Origin: Callorhinchus milii
Lineage: Eukaryota
Assembly: GCF_018977255.1 (NCBI RefSeq)
Contig: NW_024704742.1
Location: 39,744,001 to 39,808,000 of the forward strand
Reading direction: 5' to 3'
DNA length: 64,000 bases
Each line of letters opens with the position of its first letter. The stretch's first letter is position 1. This document shows positions 38,005 to 50,061 of this stretch, piece after piece. The position numbers were made by a program, and so were the translations under genes. The notes beneath the pieces are model-generated. The model saw only the letters and a program-made list of their open reading frames with translations. It did not search any database and was not told where the DNA came from.

Positions 38005-38360
38005 AAATAATATTAACCCTTGTATTTGACATAGTGCCTTTTCACTTTGGAAGGCATCTCACGGAATACATTGTAAATTGCCTGTGACTGTGTAATTTGT
38101 AGATGAATTTTGCACTCAGCGATCTCTACAAGCAGCCATGGCGTGAATTAACTTTATTTTTTTGGGGTGGGGGGGGGGGGTGGGGGGGTGGGAGGGGGTG
38201 CGGGAGAGGGTTGTTGTGGCCTGGACCCTAGGAGAAACTCCCTTCTCTTTTCAAATTGTGCCAAGGGATCTTTAACATCCACCTGAACAGGTAAACTGGA
38301 TCTTTGCTCAGTGTCTCAATGCATATTCCCAGCAGTCTATTGGAATGTCAGTCTACAAAG
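38005..38360 (-). mobile_element. Old Deu-SINE containing a G-rich tract
   Basis: Tail ccttgtatttgacatagtgcc; tgccaagggatctttaacatccacctgaacag (reverse Deu core). Confidence 0.7.
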
Positions 38361-39219
38361 TGTCCACAAAGTCCTCTTACCGCCCTGTCACAAAACAGCA
38401 ATATGAGCCTAATGAGCTGAAACAAGCTGTCAGAGATGCATTTTGCCTCACCACTTACACAACAGTGTCGCATTTTGGCCCACCCATGTTACGGAAGATG
38501 TGGCCGCTAACATGGTGACATGAAAATGATGGTGCTCACACCAATTCTCTGGACGTCTAGATGTCTAAATATGGTTAAGCACTTGAACTGAATATGGTTA
38601 AGTATTCTTCAATACAAGTATCGACATTCTTCCACATTTTTCAGTTGTTGGTCAGTGCCCCGCAGAAAAAAAATACGGGGGTAACAATACCTTGTGGATA
38701 ACCTGTAGATTATGAGCTCCAATTCCCAATGTGGGACTGTAACCCACAGCCTTCTGACTAGAGATGAGAGTGTTACAACTGAGCCAGGCTGTCAAATGTA
38801 AATATTTCCAGCTTGAGCAAAAAGTTTTCAAATAAATTTAAGACTCTGGAACCATAGGAAAACTTGATATTTGTTAAAAATAAACAGTACGAGAAGTAAT
38901 GGATGGAATTTTAACAAATGCAATAATTATTCTCATTTACAAGCAGATGTTAATTTTGTTTCCATTTCACACAGCGTTTACAAGATTGGTTGATCAATAG
39001 TAATTATCTGGTTCTCAGCACATGACAGAAAACAACATTTTTGTAGATGGATTTAAATCAGATCAGTTGCCCATGACTTCACATCCAAATTTGTGCACAG
39101 ACCTGGGGACAAGAAAATACTTTATCAAAGTCTGAATAACATTTATTTAACAATGTATTTTAGTAACCCAGTAGATTAGGATTAATTACCATTCAGCGAG
39201 GTATCAAATACAATGTAAA

Positions 39220-39267
39220 TAACAGATTCGATGTGATAATTATCACACATAAAATCTATTATATCGC
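39220..39267. repeat. Palindrome with perfect core tgtgataattatcaca (related copies at 6720, 35614, 41654)
   Basis: taacagattcgatgtgataattatcacacataaaatctatta is self-complementary; first 24 nt match 6720-6743 at 22 positions. Confidence 0.7.
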
Positions 39268-39549
39268 ACAAAGCAATTTTTATGAAATGTCACATTTTTG
39301 CACTACAATATTGGACTGTTTGATCCTATTCATTTCCATCATTAAATTTATGGAAGAATTGTACATTAGGCTTTATATAACCCATTGAATCATTAATTTA
39401 TGGCAGAAGATTTGCCTAAATATCAACAATATCAGGTAACTGGGCTCCCAGGTAATTCTCTGAACTGAATCCTCATGTTCTCCTGTCTTGTTCTGCTGCC
39501 ATTTCTGAAAGGATTCTTCTGAGTTTACTTTTCCAATCCTCTTTGAGCA

Positions 39550-39920
39550 ACAATTAGACAAGCTAGGGCTCTTCAATCTTGAACAAGGCAACTTATAGGG
39601 GACCTCATAGGAAGTACATAACATTTTACATATGATTAAGCAAGTAAACCAAGATCACTACTTTAGGATGCACCACGATAGTGGAACAAGAGAACATAGG
39701 TGTAGAGCTTAAAGGGCAATTTAAGAACAGGAGGTTTTTATTTACTCAGAGGATAATTAATGATTAGAATTGCTAATTGTTTCCCAGATAGGTGGCTAAG
39801 ACCAGGACACTTGATTCATTTAAAAAGCAGCATGATGTTATGATAGGAGGAACAATAGGATGGGTGTTCTGGAAGGATGAGATTGGATGGGCCAAACCAA
39901 AGTTGTCATTTTGTGATTCA
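39550..39920 (+). mobile_element. Old CR1 3' fragment
   Basis: LDKLGLFNLEQ..GDL, tttactcagaggataatt; tail shared with 28160-28270 and 61530-61620. Confidence 0.75.
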
Positions 39921-39989
39921 AAATCATATATGCCTCTATGAGGTCCCCTCTGAGACATCTATTTTTGGGCCAGAATAGCTTTAACTTGC

Positions 39990-40415
39990 TCTTGCAATCC
40001 TTGGTCAAAGCTCATTCCTCTAACGCCAGGGGTTGTCATTGCTCTCCACTGTATTGTCTCTAGGGCTTGGAAGAACAGAACTGTATACTTTGCAAGCGAG
40101 AGACCTGAGTTCAATTCCAGGCAGGGCGAAACCTTGGGCAAGTTTCCTTACTCCACACGTCTAATAATAATCCCTCCAAAACCAAAAACAATAATAAAAT
40201 TGGTCATTTTCAATCTACGACTGTTTGTGGGACATTGCTGTGTGCCATTGGCTGCTGCGTTCGCCCACAAATATACAGTCAATTCACTTTAGTGTGTTCT
40301 GTGAAGCGCTTTGGGACGTCCTCCCGACGGGAAAAGCGCTATATCAAATGCAAGGATTATTATTATTATTATTATCATTACACAGTATTCAGGTGCCATG
40401 ACTAGAGCATTGTAT
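39990..40415 (-). mobile_element. Old CR1 fragment split by a SINE
   Basis: ALETIQWRA on the minus strand; cagaactgtatac | tacacagtatt rejoin as reverse EYCVQF. Confidence 0.6.
40089..40379 (+). mobile_element. tRNA-derived SINE (head truncated)
   Basis: ctttgcaagcgagagacctgagttcaattccaggcagggcgaaaccttgggcaagtttcc..(tta)n. Confidence 0.92.
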
Positions 40416-42239
40416 CTGACGACATAGCCCAGCACACGTTTCAAAGAAATCTCAACACATATTCCAGCATATGTTCCTATTGTAGTTAAAAAAGAATGTT
40501 CTATTGTTGGTACATGACAACGATCCTTTTACTTGAACAAAAGACAATCATTAGTCATTCACGGCTCTGTCACTCATGTCTAATGAGATTTTTCATACTT
40601 GTCAAAGAACTGCAATACATCAGCATTGCTGCAATGGGGGAACTATTCCTTCTGTCAGCAGGCATAGTCAGTGATGGAAAACTACAGTCTTAAAATCAGC
40701 CTGATTAGTGAACGTGGGAGAAAAGGCAAGACTCCTTGGAGCTTCCAGGCGCTCTCCAAATTTTGCAGAAATTAAGATGCCAAATGGGAAAGACTATTTG
40801 AGGCACCAAGTGGCCTGACCATGAGCAGGTGCACACAGTGGGCACTTTTAGCAATCAGATAATAAGCTTTCACCATTGCTTTCTCCGCACGTAATTTGCT
40901 GTCCACCCACATTTACCTCATTTTCATTGTGTATTGTCTGGTTATTGGGTTAGTTGTTAATGAGCTGCTTTGCATGTTCACACTCAGTGACAAGGTAACG
41001 TGCTTCATGTGAACAGCTACAACAGAGCAGTATATGTTTTACTTTTGGGCAATTAAATATTTTACTTTGGGTGATAAATGAGCCAAAGATTCAAATGGGT
41101 GTCAGGATTGAGACGTCAGAAATATATTATTGAATATGTGAAGCAACTAGTTAAGCTCTGACATAGGAACACAGAAACGTAGGACATTTCTGGCTTCAGC
41201 TTGGTTCTCCATTAGAACAAAGGTAGGTTTTTGTAGGTATACTCATCCATATGAATGGAATGAACACAATGCCTATCTGGATTCTCCTGTCTACAACCAT
41301 GCTGTACAGGTTGCAGCACACTTGCACAGTTTTGGTTACATTGGCTCATATGGAGAATACCACAATCCTGGAACCATCCCCTTCCCCTCTCCTGCTCCCC
41401 ACACCACCCCACCCTCTCCCCAGTATCCCCCACCCAGTTTTGGCGCAGTGCTTCATTGTGAAGATTTCAGTGAGATTTTGCTGAGATCAGTTTCACTGAA
41501 GTGTTTCGCTGGATGCCATCTTAACTCAGTCACTATCCTGTGAAGCAGCAGCAAATGCCAGCTCCAAGGGCGAGCAGTAACCCTAAGATTCTGGCCCAGT
41601 AATTTGAACAATTGAGCAATTCAGGTGAGGTGGTTTACATCTGCAACGAATCAATAATTATCACCCGAAATTCCGCTATTTCTTGACAGGTTCAATGTAT
41701 TTCCCCCCTTTCATTCTCTTCAACAAACAAGTGGAGTTCTCATTGCTCCGAGATACATGGTGCACCTCACTGTAGCTACTTTCTGCCACATTCTGAGGTG
41801 TCAATACAGGTGAGTAGCCAAATGTAGCCCAGATCTACAATCTACTGAGAGCCATCCCTACAACATCTCATCATTTGTAAGGGGAATGATAGGAACTGAA
41901 CAAAGGAATTGTGCATTCAGCATAGGTAATGTGCATTGACTTGAATGATCCTCACTGTGCATTACAGACCAACAGCACATTCATTGAGCGAAACACCTTT
42001 CTGTTCATTTATGCCATCTTGTTGACTGTTGGAGCTCACAATACCACATGTGTCACACTCCTGTCCCTACCGAGCAAGCCTTCTGTCACCTCATGCACAG
42101 AATATGAAACATTGGCTGATGCCCACAAAATTGCTAGCCAGACTCTAAAAATAGACTGACACAAGGCAGCTCAGGACTGTATTAATCTTCAAAGCCACAG
42201 GAAAATCACCCCCAACCTTTATATCCTTCATCCACCAAT

Positions 42240-42330
42240 CAGGTTGCCAACTTTCCAAAATTGTCCTGGATTCTTCAGGAATTAAAGAATAATCTCCTGG
42301 ATAACGCTGTGAGCGACCTGTGATAACATT
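42240..42330 (+). mobile_element. Possible left end of an old hAT-type non-autonomous transposon
   Basis: Begins caggttgccaac, resembling (T/C)AGGGTTGCCA termini; partner end not found. Confidence 0.35.
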
Positions 42331-45300
42331 CACAGGGAATTCTCAAAATGAATATCGAATGGTGAATTAAATTTATCCTATTATCAGCTTCTTGTTTTTT
42401 CATGTACGCCTGGAGAGTCCACAATCCAGTCAGTGTTTCAAATATCAAAGCAGCCACCTTGCCCTCTCTCAACCATCTTATTTATCTACCGATTCTGTGA
42501 CTTACATTATCTAACTACCATAAAGTCAGTCCTATCTCACTTTTTAATAGCAGCCAAACATAACTCTGGTTTGTGAGCAATCACAGAGTTTTGCACTTTC
42601 GAAAAGTACAGAATAATTTTTCCAATTTTTTTTGTTTCACTTTGTTGTGAATTTGTTTTGGAGTAACTTGGTCCTTAACAGTATTTCATCATTTAATTCA
42701 AATCTCCCAGGAATACTTCTAAGCAGAGTTGGCAACTACATCTACCAGTGAAGCATAATTTTGCCACAAAGGCAAGTAAGAAAAAATAAAGGCAGCTAAA
42801 TCCATGTTCCAGAGCTGAAGTGTAGTTTTAACATCTATCTGAAATAGTGAGGAATTTTTCCCGGTATCCTGGCCAACATTCTGCCAGATAAAAATTTGGT
42901 CATTCAACTCATGACTATTGGTGAGACTTTACGGTGTGCAAATTGGCTGCCACATTTGTCCATAAAGACGTTGTCACTTTACTTTACAATAAATCCTGTG
43001 AAATGTTTTGCGATATCCTCATGACACTATATCAAATGTTATGATTATTATTATCCTACATAAAATTCAATTGTGGTAGAATTAACTCCTTCCTCAACTT
43101 GCAGTGGTGCATAACTTATTTTCCTACTTTTTCCTGTGTTTAGCTTGAAAGTTTCTGTCTGTACCAAAGGATGAAGAACATGATGATCACAAAAGATTTT
43201 ATGTGAGAATTATATACAGAATATTATCGACAGTCTTTTTATCTTAATTGATGTACAACAGTGGACAAAATTACCTGGAAAATAAGCAGTACGGTCAACA
43301 TATCTGCTAAAGGCCTGCTGCCCATCTGATTTGGTGTTCATTTCAGCAATACCTCATACTCCTCAGCTCCCCTTCCCAGCTCGGGTGCCCAGTCAGCTGT
43401 ATAAAGTACTTTGAGATGTCTCAAAACATGAAAGAGGGTATATAAATATAAGTTGCCTTTGCAATTTTCTCTCCATAATAATAATATATAATAATCTTGC
43501 ATTTGATATACCGCTTCATCAGGTCGTCACGAATGTGGAATATCTGGTGACGTGAAACCCAAATGGCTTTACAGGGACATGGATAAATACTTGAGGAAAA
43601 TTAATGCTAAAGATTAGGTAAAAATGTGGCTAGCTGCAGAAGCTATCGGCACAGACATGATGGGCTGCATGGCCTGCTTCTCTTCTATAAACTTTCTATA
43701 ACACTATGTTTCTATCCAGCCCCAGCTCGAATGCCAAGCCATTATTTGTTAAGCACCTTGGGACATCCTCCCAACATGAAAGGTGCTATATCAATGTAAA
43801 TTTGTACTGTATTCTTTCTATCCCTTCCACATCTATTATCTACTATTACATGGTCTAAATCTACAAATACATTTGGTTCGACATGTATATGCCAGCAAAC
43901 AACAGTTAATGCAAGAAGTGATAAGGAGAAAAAGGTGATAAGTGGATTTAATTTGTAGTATTTCTTAATTGGATTCCTTAATAAAGAATCTCAGTCATTC
44001 AAATAGGGAATCCTCAAAGTGACCAGTGTGCATCATACCAACCTATGCAAACTCCGCTCCAAAGTCGTCTACATTTGAAGTGTAGTTCTAAGTAAATAGG
44101 AATTCTAATAGTATTTCTTATTAAAATATTAGACTATCTCCTTGGAGTGGGAAGTAGGCAGGATCTCTTTGGACCTGAGCTGGCTCCAATGTGATATGCT
44201 TGCAATGGAATGGTAAAATTGAGTCAATCTGCTTTGCTGGTCTCGGTTGTCTGGTTTGGATACTCTTAAGTAGTCTGATGCGTCAAATATCCAGCTGATG
44301 GGTTTCTGCATCTGTCAGATGCCCGACGGACCAAATAAAATGAGAATTTTTGCATTACACCTAGCTTTATCTTGAATATAATGTACTGACATTTTTAATT
44401 TTTTTGTTCAAAGAGCAACAACCAAGGGGTAAGTAATAAGCTAAATTACTATCTGATCAATTTCCATTTTTTTGTCCTCAAATAAATATACCAGAATATG
44501 TCTTAAGATTCTGTTAAATAGGAGGGGAAGGAAATGGGGAAGATCTCCAGTATAGATTAGATGGAAAACAGCAATGTTCATTTTCCTCTCCTTGTTTTGG
44601 GTAAATAAAGGAGTAAATATAAATTGTAACTTTTTGGGGAGTACTCCTTAAACTACTTTGTGTTGACTTTGTGTCTACCTATTTTATAAATGTAAAGAAA
44701 CTCACCAAAAATGTTATTCTCTTCCCTTGTCTCCAGCCTTTTGGATGAAATGTTTGCATTCTCATAAAACGAAAACATAGGTTGTGGATCTCTTGATATT
44801 TGCAGTATTTGACTGATGCAAGTGGTGCATGTTTTGGTTGAACTAAGGGATTAAATTCTCCAATACTCAGCCTTGTGTACACAATTCTCTGGGAGATCAA
44901 TCTTTTTTGTTAAAGATGACTCTAGCAGATTGCACTTTGTTTTGATTTGCTGAAATAATTGGCCAAACATTGTCAAAGTTATGTCTTTGGGGTGGCGATT
45001 AAATCAAACTCGCGATGCAGAGGCCCTTTAGACACTTATGTGGCCACCTTCTTATATCTCAGCAAAATTCTAATAGACAGATACTTAATACACTGCTGGT
45101 GGTGCATTGAGACCTTCTGTCAAAGGTAAGTTGGAGCTATTCAAAGTGATCTCCTCAGTGAGAAAAATGTAGGCTATTTAAAGGGAAGGAAAGAATAATG
45201 CCTCTTCAAAGCACTTTACTTGATGCAGTAACTTGGGGTAAAAAATCTAATATTTCAGAACAAATAGTGTTAGTTATCATATCAAATCAGTTTTCAAACC

Positions 45301-46792
45301 TTGCATTTTCTCCCTGGTGTCGTGTCACAAAACATTTTTTTTCTGAAGGAGCGAAAATATGGTGGTGAAATTCCTTTTGTCTGTAAGTGTAGTAATTCTG
45401 ACTGTCATATTTTGATATGGGCAACAGGAATTTTCATGCATTGTCTTTAGACCAAAATTAGCTTAAACTCAGTTTATTTGAAAAGATATTGGCTATTCAT
45501 AGAGCAAGGAATCTGTGTTTAATTCTGAGTGAGAAGCATTGTAACAAGCTGCAAATGACCCAAAGACCAACAATAAGCTTGTAGGTTCAACACCCAGATT
45601 GATTGCAGAAGCATTGGTGCCTTTTCCACTAGCAGAGATAGTCGTATTCTTTCTTTTCTTCTCATTGATTTAAGATTGGTATGAGACAAGATAAATTATA
45701 CTTATCCACATATTTTATTGCTGCTTATGTTCACTAAGCAACATATTTTAATCCAGTTATTGGAAAATTCAATTGGTCTGACTAGCCCTGTGGTCTATTT
45801 AGTTATTTTTTCTGAATTATAGTAGCAAAATTGATATTCCATAGTCGGCAGCTTCAAGTTCGAAGAAAAATTAAATTAGATTGGATCAGGGAGTACCTGA
45901 GGGATTGAATCAGCCTAAACCGGTAAAGTTTTATAAACAGTAAGAGCAGAAAACACAGAAAAATTCAATTTACATTTTGTTACAACAGCTCAGTTTTTCA
46001 CACGTACCATAATTACGCACTAAAGAAAATGGTTTGCGATAGACAGGGCTCACATTTATAGAAAGCCCAAAGGCAATGATCTGCAGTTTCTAATAAGCCT
46101 CAAGGCCTCATAAAATTCTTCTGCAAATAACATACAGGTAGAAATTTAGCTAGTGCCTTATTCTGTCAATTAAATATCATAAAAGTACCAGAAATTGGGA
46201 AAAAAATTAAAATGTATTTTGTTGAAAGGCAGACCAAATTCCATTGTTCTACATAAAACATAAAACACTGCTACTAATGAAGCGCTACCCCACATGAAGG
46301 GTGCTAGGTTGTTGTTATTATTCAGTCGTGGTTCACTCCATTGGTCTGACCTGAAGAAGTCAGTGTTTCATTATTCATGGAAATTCCATCAAATAAATAT
46401 ATATTTGAATCATTCCATGGGATAAGACCCAGGTTTCATCCTAAAGGTGGCACCTACAACGACGCAGTGCTCCCCAAGCAGCCTAGGCTGAAAGCTCAAA
46501 GTGCCTACAAGACCCTTGAAGCCACAGCCTTCATGATTCAGAGGAGAGTGCTACAAATCAAACCAGGCTGACACCCTGATTGTCGGCAGCTAATTGTGCC
46601 ACCCATTTATTTTGATCATACAGGTAAATGTCACTTTGTAATTGCTAAGAAAGAGGTGGTTTGTGACAGAGCCTCCAGATTCTGGACACCGAATCACACA
46701 CTTGCTGACATTTATTGAAACAATTGGGAATAAAAGTCCATCTCTCCATACGTTATACTGTTCCAGTGTTTTTGCTACAGGAGCCAACACTG

Positions 46793-46840
46793 GGGACAGC
46801 TCACATCAGGGACAGCTCACACCAGGGATGGCCTACACCA
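46793..46840 (+). repeat. 16-bp tandem repeat x3
   Basis: gggacagctcacatca gggacagctcacacca gggatggcctacacca. Confidence 0.8.
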
Positions 46841-47069
46841 GAGAGTCATTGAGGTTTGATATTTCTCAGTTCAATTGCTTACAAGTTAAATAAAGGTACC
46901 ATAAATTGTGATCTAGTGACACCCAGTGGTCAGGAGATGCATTCCATTGCACAATGCTTTTTTTTAGATGCTTTGCCATCTTAAAGTAGTTGTCCACAGT
47001 CATTTCACATGTATCTCACTCACAACAAATTTGCCTGAAAGTGGACAAGGTATGACAGTTTAGGACACT

Positions 47070-47405
47070 GCTCCAGCTTAGTGGAATTTGTTGTTTTTGG
47101 AGGTGCGGTGCTTCAGATGTGATGTTAAATCGAGGTCTAATCTGCTTGTTCAGGTCAATGTTAAAGATCTCATGGCACTGCTCAAAAAGAGGAGTTCTCC
47201 CAGTGTCCTGGCCAACAATCCCCCAAATAAAATTGGTCATTCGCTCCATGCTTGTTTGTAGGACATTGCTGGGCGCAAATTAGTTGCTGCATTCGCTCAC
47301 AAAAAACGCCCACAGACATTGCACTTTACAGCATAGTGTTTTGGGATATCCTCCTGACATCAAAGGTGCTATACCAAATGTAATGATTAATGTTATTATT
47401 ATATT
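47070..47405 (+). mobile_element. Deu-domain SINE (best-preserved copy)
   Basis: cagatgtgatgttaaatcgaggtc..gttaaagatctcatggcact..ggagttctcccagtgtcctggccaac resembles the Deu core of AmnSINE1/SacSINE1; L2-like tail. Confidence 0.8.
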
Positions 47406-47915
47406 ATTTTATATTTCTCCCTTTTAAAAAATGATCTAATTCCTTCTTAAATGTGAACAAATGTGTAAATCATAGGAAATTGACCACACGGTATCAATAT
47501 TTTCCATAAAAGTGGAAAGAGGTGTCGAAACAATGGGTTTAAAATACTCAGTATCAATCACCATTTACTTTTGTGGTGAATGGACACAGGAATATAAATG
47601 TCTTGATTTCTGCCTTACAGAATCTGCCGGAGAGGCATTGGTTGTGGTTCTTGTTCCCAAGGTTGTACTTATGAGATAAATGGGAAATGCCGTGGAATTT
47701 CAAACCACAGGGAATGTGATAGCCTTTACTGTGGGTCTCTACACTTGTACGGGAATGGTTTACAAAGTACTAGTTGATGGCTACTGCAGTACAAGTCCTC
47801 TGGCTTAGCAGCAGGTTGTTTTACTTTAATATAATTCAGTCTCATACGCCGCTCCCAGACATTATCCTGTGTGGAACAATACAAGTTTACAATACAATAC
47901 AAGTAAGCAATACAA

Positions 47916-48287
47916 GAAACCTATAAAATTCTTAAGGGTCTTGGCAGGGTAGATGCTGTGAGACTGTTTCCCCTGGTTGGAAAATCTAAAACTAGAGGCC
48001 ATAGTCTCAAGATTATGGGTCAGCCTTTTTGAACTGAGTTGAGGAAACATTTCTTCACACAGAGAGTAGTGAGTTTGTGGAATTCTCTACCCCAGAAGGC
48101 TGTGGATGCTCAGTCCTTGAACATATTCGAGACTGAGATTGATAGATTTCTAAAGGATAGAGGGATTAAGGGATACGGGGATAGGGCGGGTAAATGGAAT
48201 TAGGTTAGAAGATCAGCCATGATCTTATTAAATGGTGGGGCAGGCTCGAGGGGCCGAATGGCCTACTTTTGCTCCTACGTCTTATGG
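47916..48287 (+). mobile_element. CR1 3' fragment (same young family as 30735-33374)
   Basis: Closely similar to 32996-33368; ends gtcttatgg. Confidence 0.95.
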
Positions 48288-48496
48288 TAAGTTGTTTTTC
48301 TGTCAATATAGCAGCCATTGAAATAAGCCATTTATGCTGACAACTTTTTGTTTTCATTTTGGCCTTTACAGAGTGTGGCAGTTTTTTTTTATTGAATGGC
48401 TATTCTCTGGAACTCATCTGATTAGGTGCGGTATCCGTCCAGAAAATAGATTGTCATGTTCAAAACGGAGTCTTTTGGCCTCGCAGAGGAAGAATC

Positions 48497-48510
48497 TGCC
48501 ACCTGCTGGC
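48497..48510 (-). promoter_or_regulatory. Candidate CTCF site
   Basis: Minus strand GCCAGCAGGTGGCA matches the CCASYAGRKGGC core, in non-repeat DNA. Confidence 0.5.
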
Positions 48511-48629
48511 TATGTAGTGTATTTTAATGTATTGCAGCAAGTCAGGTTCAGTTTAAATTACAACGTTCACAATGAACACTGCAAATTGCAGCACTAATCT
48601 AACCCTGGTGCTGATCAAGGAATACAAAT

Positions 48630-48950
48630 TATAATAATAATCCTTGCATTTGTTATAGTGCATTGGAAGGACGTCTCAACGCAGGATTCACTGTGAAATG
48701 AAGTGATTGTATTTGTAGGCAAATGCGCAGCCCAATTGCGCACAACAATGTCCCACAAATAGCCATGAACCAAATGACCAATTTTTTTTATTTTGGTGGA
48801 TCGTTGGCCAGGATACCAGGAGAAACTCCCCTCTTTTTTTGATTAATGTCATGTGATTTTTATCGTCCACCTGAACAGCAGATGAGACTTCAGTTTAACA
48901 TCTCATCTGAAGGATGGCACCTCCGATAATTTAACACAACCCCAGCGCTG
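48630..48950 (-). mobile_element. Deu-domain SINE
   Basis: (taa)n tail; ttggccaggataccaggagaaactcc; gtccacctgaacagc; cagtttaacatctcatctgaaggatggcacc. Confidence 0.8.
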
Positions 48951-49355
48951 CAGTTTCCTCACAGAAAACTCTCTCTTTCCACAGTGCGAAACTCCTTCAT
49001 TCCCCCTGTTCCCCCTCCTCACTGTCCCACCTCTGCATCCTCCCAACCTGGCCATTCTCTTTGCAGAGCAACACCAGCTCACTTCATATCCCTCCACCTC
49101 ATCTGCCCCACCATCATACTTATGTGTGCTACAGAGAATTGCTTTCAAGGATTATTTAAACTTATATCTAGTTGAGTTCATACTATATCTCCATTATATA
49201 ACAAGAATGTTTCACACAATCCTACCATATAGCTACTACATATGAAAGCACTATGATACACACAAGGCTGTGTTGACCAAATGCAGAAAGCACATGTAAA
49301 TATGCCATTTAATGCTTCTTTAAAAAGCAACTGTTAACTTCAGCACTGCTTATAT

Positions 49356-49677
49356 AATAATAATAATAATCCTTGCATTTGATATAGTGCCTTATCACGT
49401 GTTCAAGACGTCTCAAAGCGCTTCACAGAATATACTGTAAAGTGAATTGACTGTATATTTGTGCGCGAACGGGGCAGCCAGTTGCGCACAGCAATGTCCC
49501 ACAAACAGTCATGGATTGAAAATGACAGATTTATTATTGTTTTGTTTTTTGGAGGGATTATTATCAGGCTCTGTGTGGAGTAAGGAAACTTGCCCAAGGT
49601 TTCGCCCTCTGCCTGGAATTGAACCCAGGTCTCTCACTTGCAAAGCGAGTGCTCTAACCACTGAGCTACAAGACTCC
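49356..49677 (-). mobile_element. Full-length tRNA-derived SINE (short variant)
   Basis: Reverse complement of 55280-55598. Confidence 0.93.
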
Positions 49678-50061
49678 TATCACAAGTTATTTGAAGTAAA
49701 ACTTTGAAATGAGGTTTTAGTGACAGAGTCACCCTCAGAGAAATGGCATGTGAACCACAATGGCACTTGAAGCACTTTCAAAAGTCCATCTAAACACATC
49801 ACAGTTGTCGAGGAAAAACTGAATGGTGATATCCTTGAATTGCATTCCTTTGGTGGAGAGTCATTGTGGGCATTTCGCTCACAAAATGTACAGTCAATCC
49901 ACTTTACAGTATATTCTGTGAAGTGCTTTGAGACGTCTCGAAGACGTGATAAGGCACTATATCAAAAGCATGGATATTATTATTATAAACACTGTCATAG
50001 ATTAGTTGGGTTGAAGTATTTGGGATTAATTGCTGAAAGATCTATGTAAATCCACACATAA

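Noticed and set aside
44249..44345. Hammerhead ribozyme or C/D snoRNA reading of the 80-bp repeat
   Set aside because: Minus-strand CTGACAGA is not CUGANGA and stem III/cleavage triplet do not close; the C-like and D-like boxes are only ~30 nt apart.
47631..47790. Cys-rich short frame after a plus-strand acceptor
   Set aside because: Cys spacing fits no family I recognise; no supporting exons.
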